Of a stretch of DNA of 64,000 nucleotides, positions 53,969 to 64,000 are shown one piece after another. The position numbers and the translations under genes are program-made. Origin of the DNA: Diplonema japonicum. Its lineage: Eukaryota > Protista > Euglenozoa: Diplonemea. Positions within the stretch are counted from its first letter, which is position 1. Each line of letters starts with the position of its first letter. Below the pieces are notes generated by a model. That model searched no databases. It was given only the letters and a program-made list of their open reading frames with translations, and was not told where the DNA came from. The stretch lies in contig OZ025685.1 of assembly GCA_964019335.1 (NCBI GenBank), positions 62,001 through 126,000 of the forward strand. The letters are read 5' to 3'.

Positions 53969-56900
53969 ATGCCAGGTAAAATGCGCATCCTTGCGCGGCC
54001 CTCAGATGGATCAGCACCGAAAGGGATGCTTGTGAAGCCGGCATCAGAAGACACGACGGGAGCTGGCAGGCAGAACAAATTCTGGGAGGCAGGAAGAGTG
54101 GACAGCAGCCAATGGGACGACAAACAAAAATCACAGTTCAGACGGGTGATCGACTATATCAAACAGAACCTCCCCACGGACATGAAATGGATGCTGCTGG
54201 ACATCTCGTGCAAGGATGAAGTTAACGAGCTGCTAAAGGAGTTCCTTGAAATGTGCGCCTTCAGCAGAGAGTTCGACACCATGGTGTGCTTCAAGAAGTG
54301 GCTGTTCGCATGCGGGCACGACGCCGACCCGTCTATGGAAATCAATGACGGGTTGCGGAAACTCAGGAGGAAGGTCGATAGTCTGAAGATCAGTTCAGGG
54401 AACACTGGAGAACCACTCAAAGTAGAGTCTCCAACGCAAGGGGAAAAGAAAATTGCAGGGGGCGGAATCTGCCATCCAAAATATTACTCCCATTTCTTGT
54501 GTCCCAAGGAGGTCGAGCCAATGGAGATTCCGAACGTCTTCGACAACGTAGGCAAGTGGGTTGAAGTCCTTTCAAACAATATTCTGGCGGAGTTCTGGGC
54601 ATTGACGAGGACACTCGAGACAGCAGACGGGGGCTTTGTGTCGTGGCTGAGCCTGGACTGCGAGATCAAGTCCCCGACGACAGTGCAGCTCACACTCCCT
54701 GCAAAGGAAGGCGCCTTCAACGAGCTGAACCACCAGCTCTTCAGGTTCGCCGATGACGACTCCCTCTTCCGGCTTGTGACGAAGATCACAAAGCCTACCC
54801 TCCGCCGGGAGGACGACCACACCAACCAGAGCAGTGTCATCACATTCCACCCTCCTATCTCTGGCCTCAACCCTAACCGCACAAAACGCGTTCACTTCAT
54901 CGCCTACGTGGGTACCCAGCTGCTGGAGTTCGATACCATCCAGAACTTCGCACAGTTGCAGTACGATGAAGAACAAAAGATGTACCCGGCCCTCGGAAGA
55001 AAGGGCTGCTCGGAGCTCCTGACATCCATCCTCGACCCCAACAAACGGTTCACAGGTGAGTGGACCTGCAAAGGGCCCAGAACAGAAATCAGCACGATAA
55101 TCAAGGGTTTCAGCCCACCACCTTTGGTGGCTGCAAAACCCGACACACCTCTAAACGAATACCAAAAAAAAGTCCTTGATGGGCTGTCCTATGGACTGGA
55201 GGTCGTCCACGGTCCCCCGGGGACAGGAAAGAGCACCACCATTAGCAACCTCATCACAAAGCGTCTCCCACCCTCGCACACCGTCCTTGTCACATGCACC
55301 AGGAACGGCGCTGTCGAGTCCCTTGTCAACAAGCTACAGTGCAGGATACCAATATTGGTTGTGGGTGCCGAGGGAGGCGTGAGGAGTTCCGCTAACCACT
55401 GGCGCCTTGCCGAGCAGCTGAAGCGGCATGAGGGCCTCCAGAAGTGCAACAGCATCTCCCAAAGGATGAACGACTTTGTTCACACAGTGGCGGAAGAGCT
55501 TTTCAAGCACCAAGAGCGACTGAAAAACAAGTCCCGCACCCGAATGCTTCTCCTTCTCTACACGATGAAGAAACGGTCTGCAAAGACAAGGCTCTATTTG
55601 GTATGCAAAAATGGTGCAAGAAAAAAAAAATATGAGTTTCATCGAAACAGTTCCTCTACGACTACGCACGGAGCAAGATGAAGGACGTGCACGCACGGGC
55701 GGCTAACATTAAGAAGTCTGTCACCAACGACATATGGAAGAATGTGAAGGTATTTTAAGGCCAACGCACAACCACCTGTACAGGTGTTCATCTGCACTGT
55801 ATCGTCGTCTGTGAGGTTGTACCAGATGCACGATGTGTCGGGTGTGGGGGAGTTTGTCGTTGACACGGTGATTGTGGACGAGTGTGGCTGCACTTCAGAG
55901 GTATTGCAAGCAACGCATTATGCACATTATACAGACCGCGATCCCGGTCCTGCTCAAACTGCGTCCTAAACAGATGCTGCTCTTGGGTGACCACAAACAG
56001 CTGCCCGCCTTCTCGCTCATCAACAACGACAGCATGAACCACACCCAGTCCACCATGGAGCGCATCACTTTGAACCTGCCCGAGACACCGATGCTCATGG
56101 AGCAGTACAGGATGAAGGCGGACATGTGCAAGCTCGTGTCTGCCCTGTTCTACAGTGGAAAAGTGCGGACGGCGAAGAAGAAGGAGAAAAAGAAAGGCAT
56201 ATCGCTCACGACGATGGTGTGGGCGGAGAACAACGCACCCGAAGAACGTTCCGTGGGGAAGAGCTACTTGAACCCGGGCGAGGTGCCCATTGTGAAAAAA
56301 TATATCGCGACAGCTCTGGGGCAGCACCCTGACTACACTGTGTGCGTCATCACCTTCTACCGCGCGCAGTACGAGCTGCTGAAGCAAGAAGTCACAAAAT
56401 CCAAAAATGTCGATGTCGCGACAGTGGACTCTGTGCAAGGGTATGCAGGCAGGCAACACCACACCACATCATAACAGGCAAGAGTACGACCTCGTCATCA
56501 TGTCAACAGTGCGGTGCAACAAAGAACATGAAATAGGCTTCCTCAAGGACCTCCCCCGCCTGTGTGTTGCCCTCAGCAGGGCAAGGGAGTCGATCGTCGT
56601 TGTCGGGGACTCGAAGACTCTCGTCGCGAACCCTAACTGGAAGCAGATCTGCAACTACATCAAAGCGAGCAACAGGGACTCGGTGGTGCTCAAGCCCGCA
56701 GTCGATCCGTCGTGCAAAATGGTCCGAGAGGCCGGCTTTGTGCCCAAGGCCATTGTGGCCGGTGAAGTTGATGAAGGCAAGGTGCTGTCAGACAAAGGGG
56801 ATAACTTCTTCCTGTTCTATGATCCTGTTGCGGCGCAAAGGGTATGAAGGGCTTTACACCTACAGCTCACACAATACAATCAAACAAACAGGGTGTGTTC

Positions 56901-57492
56901 GTCCCAGCGGCATGGCATCAGGCAGCAGCTCTACGACAGGCTAGGTCCGGTGGCGTCGGGCCTAAGGGCTTGGCGCAGTACTACCCCAAGCAAAAGAAGG
57001 GAGTCAGGCAGCAGCAACAACAACAGCAACAACAACAACAACAACAACAGCATCTCCAGCAACATCAGCACCATCATCACCAGCACCATCATCAGCACCA
57101 GCAACAACTTTCGCAGCATCACCATCAGCATCACCAGCACCACCAGCAACCTTCGCAGTACCAACCTTGGACACAGGTGCAGTATCACCACCATCACCAT
57201 CACCAGCAACATCAACACCACCAGCACCACCACCAGCAGCCGCACCTTCCACCCCAACAGCCCCAACCACTGCTTTCGCAGTATCAAATGGAGTTTCAAG
57301 CCGCTGTGTCTCCACACCACCCACAGCATAGGCAGTACCAGATACAGCCATCTATCACCACTACTACTGTGCCTCAATGGGGTATAGCACACCAGGTGCG
57401 TAAAACATAAAAAAGAGGGAGCCGGATAAAAAAAAAAAAAAAAAAAAATGTAATTTTTAAAAAACCCACAGCTCTCACACAACGCTCAGTAG
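53969..57492 (+). CDS. SF1 UPF1/SEN1/DNA2-like helicase with Q/H-rich tail (introns 55601-55650, 55750-55783, 55901-55934, 56441-56477, 56842-56891, 57396-57471)
   Basis: LNEYQ, VHGPPGTGKST, IVDECGC, LLGDHKQLP, EQYRM, NPGE, ITFYRAQ, TVDSVQGQEYD, RLCVALSRAR, all joined in frame by splicing. The last intron is least certain (alternative stop at 57410). Confidence 0.9.
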
Positions 57493-57989
57493 TCGAGAAC
57501 GTGACAGGGAAAACAGCAGCGAAGAATAATTGAATGAAAAGAAGAAGAAAAAACAAAAAAAAAAAAAGAAAAAAGAGGTACAAGACTCTAATAACTTTCC
57601 GGCATCATCTTTGGCCAGGTGGGATATGATAACTCACATATTTTCCAGCCTCGCCCCTTTCTTTCTGTATTTTTCTTTTTGGTTGCCTTCCTGTGGAGGG
57701 AGACGAACAGGCACGACGGCGGAGAGAGAAGGAAAAAAAAAGCCCCCCCACCCGGCTCTCCCTTTCAAAATTTAAAAAATAAAAACAAAAAAATAAAATA
57801 AAAAGGGAGAGGAGGATATTTCCTGCTCCAAACTTTTTTTTTTCTCTCTCCTTTTTTTCTTCGTCTTGAAGCCTTGCTTCCCCCCCCCCCCCCCCCGTTT
57901 TCTTTTCCTTTTTTTCCTTCTCATTCAATTCTTGTTCGGCTTTTTTTTCCCCCCTCCGCGAATTTACATTTTTCTCCTTCCAAGGCCCC

Positions 57990-60377
57990 ATGAGTGACAT
58001 AGAAGAATGTGAAGGAACAAGCCCAGCTGGGCTGACGAGAGAATGCGCCGCGAGCGACGTCATGAAATGGGGCCGGGAAGAAATAAGGGCATGGTTGAAG
58101 AAAGAAAAACTATCTGAATACGTAGACATTCTCGCAGGGGTCGAATGCGGAGTAGATTTGCTGGTAATGACAAAGGCGGACCTGGAGCTAGCCTGCAGCA
58201 AGAAGGAAACCACCGTCATCCCATCCCTGGCCCCCCAAAGAAACTACGCCGAATTATGGGCCGCTCTCCAGAGACTGAGAATTTCAAGAGCCTCTCAAAT
58301 ACAACAGTACAGTTCACAAGTGACTCAACATTCATCGACCGTTCCCCCAAAAGTGTCAAAAGTCGAGTCTTGCGTGGCTGCAAATAGAATTATCCTCACG
58401 TCCCTCCGTCACATGGTAATTGCAGTAGGTGTTGTGATGTTTCTTCTAGCGGTGCAGTCGAACCCTGTTACATGGAAGCACCTTGGCTCCGTCCGCCTCG
58501 AAACAGAAGAACGCGAATCTGACTTCTATGGTGATATTTACGCGTTAAGCACATCACGGGTTCTTTATGTTCCGGTCGGGCCCGTTGCCTTTGTTTCCGT
58601 ACGCTTGTTTGTACCGCCGTTGGAGCTTCAAGACAAATCCTATAAGGACATTACAGTGCAAGCTGTCGTTGAGGTTTTGAACGGTACCGAGTGGCATCCC
58701 CTCAACGACCGGCTCGCAGTCCAAGCTAGGCGTGACATTGCAGTTTCGGGTTACAAACGTTTGAAAGGAAATTCAGCGTTTGAAACACGCGTGGTGTTGG
58801 ATGCCTCGTCCGCCACCACCACGCAGACCCTCTCTGTTCCACTTAAGTACAGGGTTCGTGGGCATCCCGCGCTGGCCGAATACGGATCGCTTCTCGGGTT
58901 TTTCTCGTTGCTGCTTATGTACATCCTCATCATCACTGAGGTAGTTCCCAAGGTCGTGGCCGCCATGATCGCCAGTTTCTGCGTTCTCGGGCTGCATAGT
59001 TACATTGACAGCACACCCCATCTATCTGATGTTGTTTCGTGGATCGACTTTGAGACCATCTGCCTGCTGTTCGGGATGATGGTCATCATTGGCTTTGTAT
59101 CCGACACGGGGCTCTTTGAATGGCTGGCCGTCAGGGCGTACAAGGTGTCGCGGGGGAACCCCTGGCAGCTGGTCCTGCTCCTGTCGATGTTCACTGGCGT
59201 GCTGTCTGCGTTCCTCGACAATGTGACGACGATCCTGTTGGTGGCGCCTGTCACCATCAAGCTGTGCGGGGTTCTCGACTTCCCCATCGAGCCTGTCCTC
59301 ATCACAGAAGTGCTGCTGTCGAACATCTGCGGGGCTTTGACGCCCATCGGGGACCCGCCCAATGTGATCATCGCCAACAACAAGGATGTTGTGGCAGCAG
59401 GGGTCACCTTCATGTACTTTGTAGGCGGGATGGCCGTGGGGGTCATTCTGGCTGTAGTCGTCGCGGTGTTGGTGCTGCAAAAAACAGTGAAACCAGCTGT
59501 GGTGGGGGCCATCCCGAGCAATGAAATCCTCCGGAAGGAGATATCCCTCTCGACACGGCATGTGTCCATGATGGACCCGAGGCTGAAGACGTTGAAAGCT
59601 GTCACGCTGCAACGCATTGCGGCGTTGGAGCTAGAACTGGACGGACTGACGTCAGGGCAGGACGACAACGGAATAGTAACAACACGGCCCACCCCCTCGC
59701 AGCTGATAGAGAGGTACCCCATCCAAGACGTGATGCTTCTCTGCCAGTCGATGTGCGTGCTGGGGACAGTTGTAGTGTTGTTCTTCCTGCACGGTGCGAT
59801 CCAGCTAAGACTGTCGCTGGCGATGATCAGCTTGCTGGGTGCTGTGACGCTGATCGTCATGGTGAACAAGAACTCCTTGGAGACAGTACTCGAGCGTGTC
59901 GAGTGGGAAACGCTGCTCTTCTTCGCAACGCTCTTCGTTCTGATGCGTGGTCTTGAGGAGCTAGGGCTCATTGATGACGTGGCAGAGGCGACCGCTGACA
60001 TCATTGAGCAGGTCCCTTCAGGAGGGCGCACTACCGTCGCTGTGATCATCATCTTGTGGGTCTCGGCCTTCGCCTCTGCATTCATCGATAACATCCCGTA
60101 CACAGCAGCCATGGTCCCCGTCATCGTGAAACTGTCCCAGCACCCCTCCACCTCCGTGCCCTTGCAACCGTTGGTCTTCGCGCTCTCCTTCGGAACGTGC
60201 CTTGGCGGCAACGGTACCTTGATAGGTGCCTCTGCCAATGTTGTTGCAGCAGGTCTCCTCCAGCAACAGGGCACACACCTCTCCTTCTGGTCCTTCTTCA
60301 GGAAAGGCATGCCTGTCATGTTGCTCACTACTCTCGCCGCGACCGTCTATCTTGTCATTTTAGCTCAATTCTACTGA
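57990..60377 (+). CDS. P-protein (OCA2)/ArsB-NhaD family transporter with N-terminal SAM domain
   Basis: WIDFETICLLFGMM, SAFLDNVTTILL, TPIGDPPNVII, VEWETLLFFA, SAFIDNIPYT, CLGGNGTLIGASANVV; SAM-like VMKWGREEIRAWL...GVDLLVMTKADL. Confidence 0.92.
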   Translation: MSDIEECEGTSPAGLTRECAASDVMKWGREEIRAWLKKEKLSEYVDILAGVECGVDLLVMTKADLELACSKKETTVIPSLAPQRNYAELWAALQRLRISRASQIQQYSSQVTQHSSTVPPKVSKVESCVAANRIILTSLRHMVIAVGVVMFLLAVQSNPVTWKHLGSVRLETEERESDFYGDIYALSTSRVLYVPVGPVAFVSVRLFVPPLELQDKSYKDITVQAVVEVLNGTEWHPLNDRLAVQARRDIAVSGYKRLKGNSAFETRVVLDASSATTTQTLSVPLKYRVRGHPALAEYGSLLGFFSLLLMYILIITEVVPKVVAAMIASFCVLGLHSYIDSTPHLSDVVSWIDFETICLLFGMMVIIGFVSDTGLFEWLAVRAYKVSRGNPWQLVLLLSMFTGVLSAFLDNVTTILLVAPVTIKLCGVLDFPIEPVLITEVLLSNICGALTPIGDPPNVIIANNKDVVAAGVTFMYFVGGMAVGVILAVVVAVLVLQKTVKPAVVGAIPSNEILRKEISLSTRHVSMMDPRLKTLKAVTLQRIAALELELDGLTSGQDDNGIVTTRPTPSQLIERYPIQDVMLLCQSMCVLGTVVVLFFLHGAIQLRLSLAMISLLGAVTLIVMVNKNSLETVLERVEWETLLFFATLFVLMRGLEELGLIDDVAEATADIIEQVPSGGRTTVAVIIILWVSAFASAFIDNIPYTAAMVPVIVKLSQHPSTSVPLQPLVFALSFGTCLGGNGTLIGASANVVAAGLLQQQGTHLSFWSFFRKGMPVMLLTTLAATVYLVILAQFY

Positions 60378-60445
60378 AGGGTATACACAATAGAAGGGGG
60401 GGGGGGATTAATCCCGAAAAGAGAAAGAGAGAGAAGGATGGGGCA

Positions 60446-60601
60446 TTTCTTTTTTCTTTTTTCTTTTTTCTTTTTTCTTTTTTCTTTTTTCTTTTTTCTT
60501 TTTTCTTTTTTCTTTTTTCTTTTTTCTTTTTTCTTTTTTCTTTTTTCTTTTTTCTTTTTTCTTTTTTCTTTTTTCTTTTTTCTTTTTTCTTTTTTTCTTT
60601 T
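60446..60601. repeat. Polypyrimidine tandem repeat (TTTTTC/TTTTTTC units, ~21 bp period)
   Basis: Regular T/C array; translates as (FFFFLFS)n. Confidence 0.9.
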
Positions 60602-60762
60602 CCTTTGCCCCCCCCCCCCCCCCGTTTCTTATCCCCAACTTGTCCTCCTAACAGCCACATGTACAAATGAGGTTTTTTCTTCTTCATTTTTTTTTGTATC
60701 TACTTAAAATTTTTAACAGTTGAACTGTTCTTCAGGGGGGATATTTTTTAGGGGGGAAAAAA

Positions 60763-61884
60763 ATGTTCCGTGCGCTGTTCAGCATAGGGGGGGCGGCAGG
60801 GGCGGTGATAGGGGCGAGCTATGCAGGGAGGAACTGGTTCCCAGGCGGGGAGGAAAACGGAACAGACAGCTCGAAAGCCCACGTGTCGCTGTTCAGCAGG
60901 ATACCGAAGAAGATTATATTAGAATATAAAACAGAAGACGGCGTCAGGAAAGTGGGCCTTGTGGACGCGCACAAGTACTCAAAACTCGTACAAAAGCAAG
61001 CGCTTGCCTTTGAAAAGGAGAGAGAGTTCATCAAGGAGGCTGCCGACGCAGAACTGACTCGAGAGATAGAAAAGGCGTTCAAGCCTATTTTCAACAGAGT
61101 GCCTCGTTTCGCGGACTGGTACTTCAGCTACTCTACAACTTACTACTTCCTTTCGCAGGTTATTTCCTCCACTGCCACCAACGCCATATCCTTCACACGC
61201 ACGGACACTCTTAAAGATGCTGTTGCTCGGGACATCGAAAAATGCATCCAATCTAAGTACAAGGATCTTGTGCTCCGGCCCGAACTGTCAGACCCTGTTC
61301 TTCAGAGAGGCTTCAGCAAAGTGTTGGAGCACGCCCACTCCGCGTATATCGAAAAACTCGCCGAGGCAGAGCGTGAGGTGGTGGATTTGATCCAGCTCAG
61401 GGTGCCGCACTTTTTGGTATCACCGGAAGGAGGACTAAACCTGGACTGGAAGGCACAGGCGGTAAAGTCAAACCATTTGCAAAACACATTTGAAAGAAGC
61501 CCAGAGGCCTCTATAGGCCTCGTAGCAGGAGGCACCATAATAGGGAAGACAGTCGGAGGTATGACAGCTTCTAAAACAGCAGCAAGTGGATTGGCGTCGA
61601 AACTTGCTGTCCCGTTTCTGGGAACCGGGTCAGGGTTGGGAGCAGCAGCTGCGGGGGCCTTGGCTGGCCCAGGGGGTGCCGTGGTAGGTGCAGGAATGGG
61701 AGTGGGCCTGGATGCTCTCCTTAACAAAGGCAACGAATTAATGCAACGCTCCACCTTTGAGAAGGACGTCTGCGAGGCTGTCCAATCTGCAGCCGACGAC
61801 TGGGCTGTCACATCGCAAAGCGAGCTCCACCGGGTGGTCGATGTCTGGATTAACGATTCCATACAAATTTTGCAGTTCACCTGA
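60763..61884 (+). CDS. Hypothetical helical protein with glycine-zipper-like C-terminal segment
   Basis: 373-aa ORF; VPRFADWYFSY motif; GAAAAGALAGPGGAVVGAGMGVGLD. Confidence 0.8.
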   Translation: MFRALFSIGGAAGAVIGASYAGRNWFPGGEENGTDSSKAHVSLFSRIPKKIILEYKTEDGVRKVGLVDAHKYSKLVQKQALAFEKEREFIKEAADAELTREIEKAFKPIFNRVPRFADWYFSYSTTYYFLSQVISSTATNAISFTRTDTLKDAVARDIEKCIQSKYKDLVLRPELSDPVLQRGFSKVLEHAHSAYIEKLAEAEREVVDLIQLRVPHFLVSPEGGLNLDWKAQAVKSNHLQNTFERSPEASIGLVAGGTIIGKTVGGMTASKTAASGLASKLAVPFLGTGSGLGAAAAGALAGPGGAVVGAGMGVGLDALLNKGNELMQRSTFEKDVCEAVQSAADDWAVTSQSELHRVVDVWINDSIQILQFT

Positions 61885-61905
61885 GGGTGTTCTATTTAAT
61901 CTATT

Positions 61906-61954
<49 letters not shown>

Positions 61955-62000
61955 TTCGTGCTTATTATGTTAGGAAGGTTAATTAAAAAAAAAAAAAAAA

Positions 62001-62428
62001 ATGGCCCGTGGTCCCAAGAAGCACATGAAGCGCCTTGCCGCTCCCAAGGTATTCCAAAAAAAAAAAAAAAATAAAAATAAAAATAAAAACTGTAAACAAA
62101 CTCAAAACACAGCATTGGATGGTTGACAAGTTGTTGGGGGTGTTCGCACCTAAGTCCCGCCCCGGGGCGCACAAGGTAATGAATTAAAAAAAAAAAAGAA
62201 AAAAAAAGAAGAAGAAAAAAATATATATAGGGCCGTGAGTCCCTTCCCCTGATCCTGATCCTCAGGAACAGGCTGAGGTTCGCCCTGACCAGGGGTGAGG
62301 CGATGATGATCACGAAGCAGAGGCTTGTGGAGGTTGACAGGAGGGTGAAGGTGGACCCCAAGACCCCTGTTGGGTTCATGGACATCCTCACCATCCCCAA
62401 GACCCAGGAGAACGTATGGATGAAAATT

Positions 62429-62459
<31 letters not shown>

Positions 62460-62986
62460 ATAAACAGTTCCGTGTGTCCTACGACGTTAAGGGAAGGTTC
62501 GTGCTGCAGAAGATCAGCGACGAAGACGCCCAGAGCAAGCTTCTGAAGGTTAAGAAGGTGTTCACTCAGAACGGGAACATCCCTGCCATTGCCACCCACG
62601 ACGGCCGTACCCTGAGGTACGTTGACCCCCTTGTGAAGGTGGGTGACACCGTGACCCTTGACCTCACCACTGGGAGGGTGGTCGACTTCATCAAGTTCAA
62701 GACTGGCGTCACCGTCATGGTCACTGGAGGAGCCAACACTGGCCGTGTTGGTAACGTTGTTGATGTGGAGAAGCACCCTGGGTCCTTCGACATCGTTCAC
62801 GTAAAGGACTTCAACGGCAACACCTTCGCCACCCGTATTGCTAACATCTTCATCATCGGACGCGCGGATGCTGCTTCCATCGAGCTCCCCAAGGCCCGCG
62901 GTGTGCGCGTGCCCCTCACCCAGGACAGGGAGCTGAAGATCGCCAGCCACGCCAAGTCCAAGTCCGGCAAGAGCAAGCGCAACTGA
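62001..62986 (+). CDS. RPS4: 40S ribosomal protein S4/eS4 (exons 62001-62048, 62113-62175, 62231-62413, 62468-62986)
   Basis: MARGPKKHMKRLAAPK|HWMVDKL...GAHK|GRESLPL...PVGFMDI...QEN|FRVSYDVKGRF...THDGRTLRY; three phase-0 introns. Confidence 0.97.
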
Positions 62987-63242
62987 GAATCGGACTGTTT
63001 CGTGAGCGAATTATAAAAAAAAAAAAGGGAGTTGAGGAAAGGTTGGACGATTTTTTTTTTTCTTTTCCATCCTTTTTTTTGCGTTTTCTTATTCATTTTT
63101 TTTATGTTCGTCAAAAAAAAAGTGGGGGGGGGAAAGATAATCAAATTTTTCTATTTTTTTTTCTTTTTATTTCCCCCCCAAACATTCCCCCCCCCCCCCC
63201 CCCCCTTCATTTCTTCAAAAAAAAACCCTTAACAGGTGACAC

Positions 63243-63878
63243 ATGGGGCGCCTAGCCCAACCCGCAAACCCCAAGGGGCTGTGTGTGTTCGACATTGATG
63301 CAACTCTGACTTCACACGCAAAGGCTGATGCAAAAACATGTGGGGTGGACAGAATGCCAGCGGGACCCGTATGCAAGTCATGCATTGGACAGAGCCCAGC
63401 ATGGAAGGCGGAACAAACAGGCACACGAGACAGCTTTCCTGCTGCATACGGCAAACAGGCAATAAAACAGTGCCTGAGCAGCGGGTACGCTGTGGGCCTC
63501 GCAACGGCTAGATCTTGTACAGGGGACACGCTGAAGGCACGATTACATTGGCTGGATCAGATGGGAATGCCGAAAGGTTCCGTGGTCACAGCGGCAGGAA
63601 CTCCTGGCCCTGCTGTGGGGTGCGCACCTCACTCAGCTCCTGCGAATAAGCTTCACAAGTCCGGCAGTATAAACCGACTTATGGCTCAATATCGTGTCAC
63701 CCCCAAGCGAACGGTCTTTTTTGATGATTCTTCTGCCGCGCTCAGTGCCGCCAAGCGTGCCATCCCAGGGCTGCACACGCAACAAGCGTCTTCAAATTGC
63801 AAAGGTGAATGGTGTGCCTCAGCTTGCGGGCTCACCAAAGCAGAATTCACAAAAGGGTTTCATAAAACAAAGCATTAG
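63243..63878 (+). CDS. HAD-superfamily phosphatase-like, Cys-rich protein
   Basis: Motif I VFDIDATL, motif II LATAR, motif III K (HKSGSI), motif IV VFFDDS. Confidence 0.72.
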   Translation: MGRLAQPANPKGLCVFDIDATLTSHAKADAKTCGVDRMPAGPVCKSCIGQSPAWKAEQTGTRDSFPAAYGKQAIKQCLSSGYAVGLATARSCTGDTLKARLHWLDQMGMPKGSVVTAAGTPGPAVGCAPHSAPANKLHKSGSINRLMAQYRVTPKRTVFFDDSSAALSAAKRAIPGLHTQQASSNCKGEWCASACGLTKAEFTKGFHKTKH

Positions 63879-64000
63879 AAAAATAATAAGAAGAAAGAGG
63901 GAAAAAAAAAAGAAAAAAAAGAGAAAAAAAAAGTAAAAGAGGAAGGAGGAGGAGAATAGGGAAAGTAGAAGAAGAAGAAGAATAAAAAGCTCTCCGGAAA

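Noticed and set aside
55601-56891. Helicase (also cyclophilin, RPS4) apparently broken by frameshifts or stops
   Set aside because: Canonical GT-AG introns restore continuous frames and all motifs.
59000-60328. Long antisense ORFs (442 aa here; others opposite the RRM, TBL and 41.9-42.6 kb genes)
   Set aside because: Shadow ORFs from GC3-rich codon usage of the sense genes; no motifs.
1-64000. Alternative genetic code, non-canonical introns or an SL RNA gene
   Set aside because: TAA, TAG and TGA all terminate conserved genes, CAG encodes conserved Gln, every intron I could reconstruct is GT-AG, and I saw no SL exon-like sequence.

Overview
Eukaryotic (protist) nuclear DNA, most consistent with a euglenozoan such as a diplonemid; the taxon is my inference. 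Genes are co-oriented in compact clusters: three minus-strand genes bracketed by two tRNA genes (40-3363), then 25 consecutive plus-strand genes (11816-63878). Most have a candidate trans-splice acceptor a few nt before the ATG. I reconstructed 20 short (34-97 nt) GT-AG introns by hand: 18 are phase 0, 16 end in ACAG, and most are A/C-rich rather than pyrimidine-rich. The divergent strand-switch region (~3.4-11.7 kb) is a mosaic of shuffled repeats and retroelement debris. Compared copies there differ almost only by CpG->TpG/CpA, pointing to repeat-targeted cytosine methylation or a RIP-like process. Splicing reveals features the ORF track misses: a syntaxin-16-like SNARE ending in a CaaX box instead of a TM anchor, a UDP-sugar pyrophosphorylase ending in PTS1 (AKL), an MGCxxS dual-acylation WD40 protein, and a 77-aa I9 protease-inhibitor-like gene. 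Other oddities: two tRNAs with atypical acceptor ends, probable pseudo-enzymes (TRF4-like, kinesin-like), a SAM-OCA2 fusion, a polycystin-like protein with a beta-helix insert, CTAG-flanked MITE-like elements, and structured-RNA islands around an RRM gene. All protein assignments come from motif recognition by eye; no database search was run.
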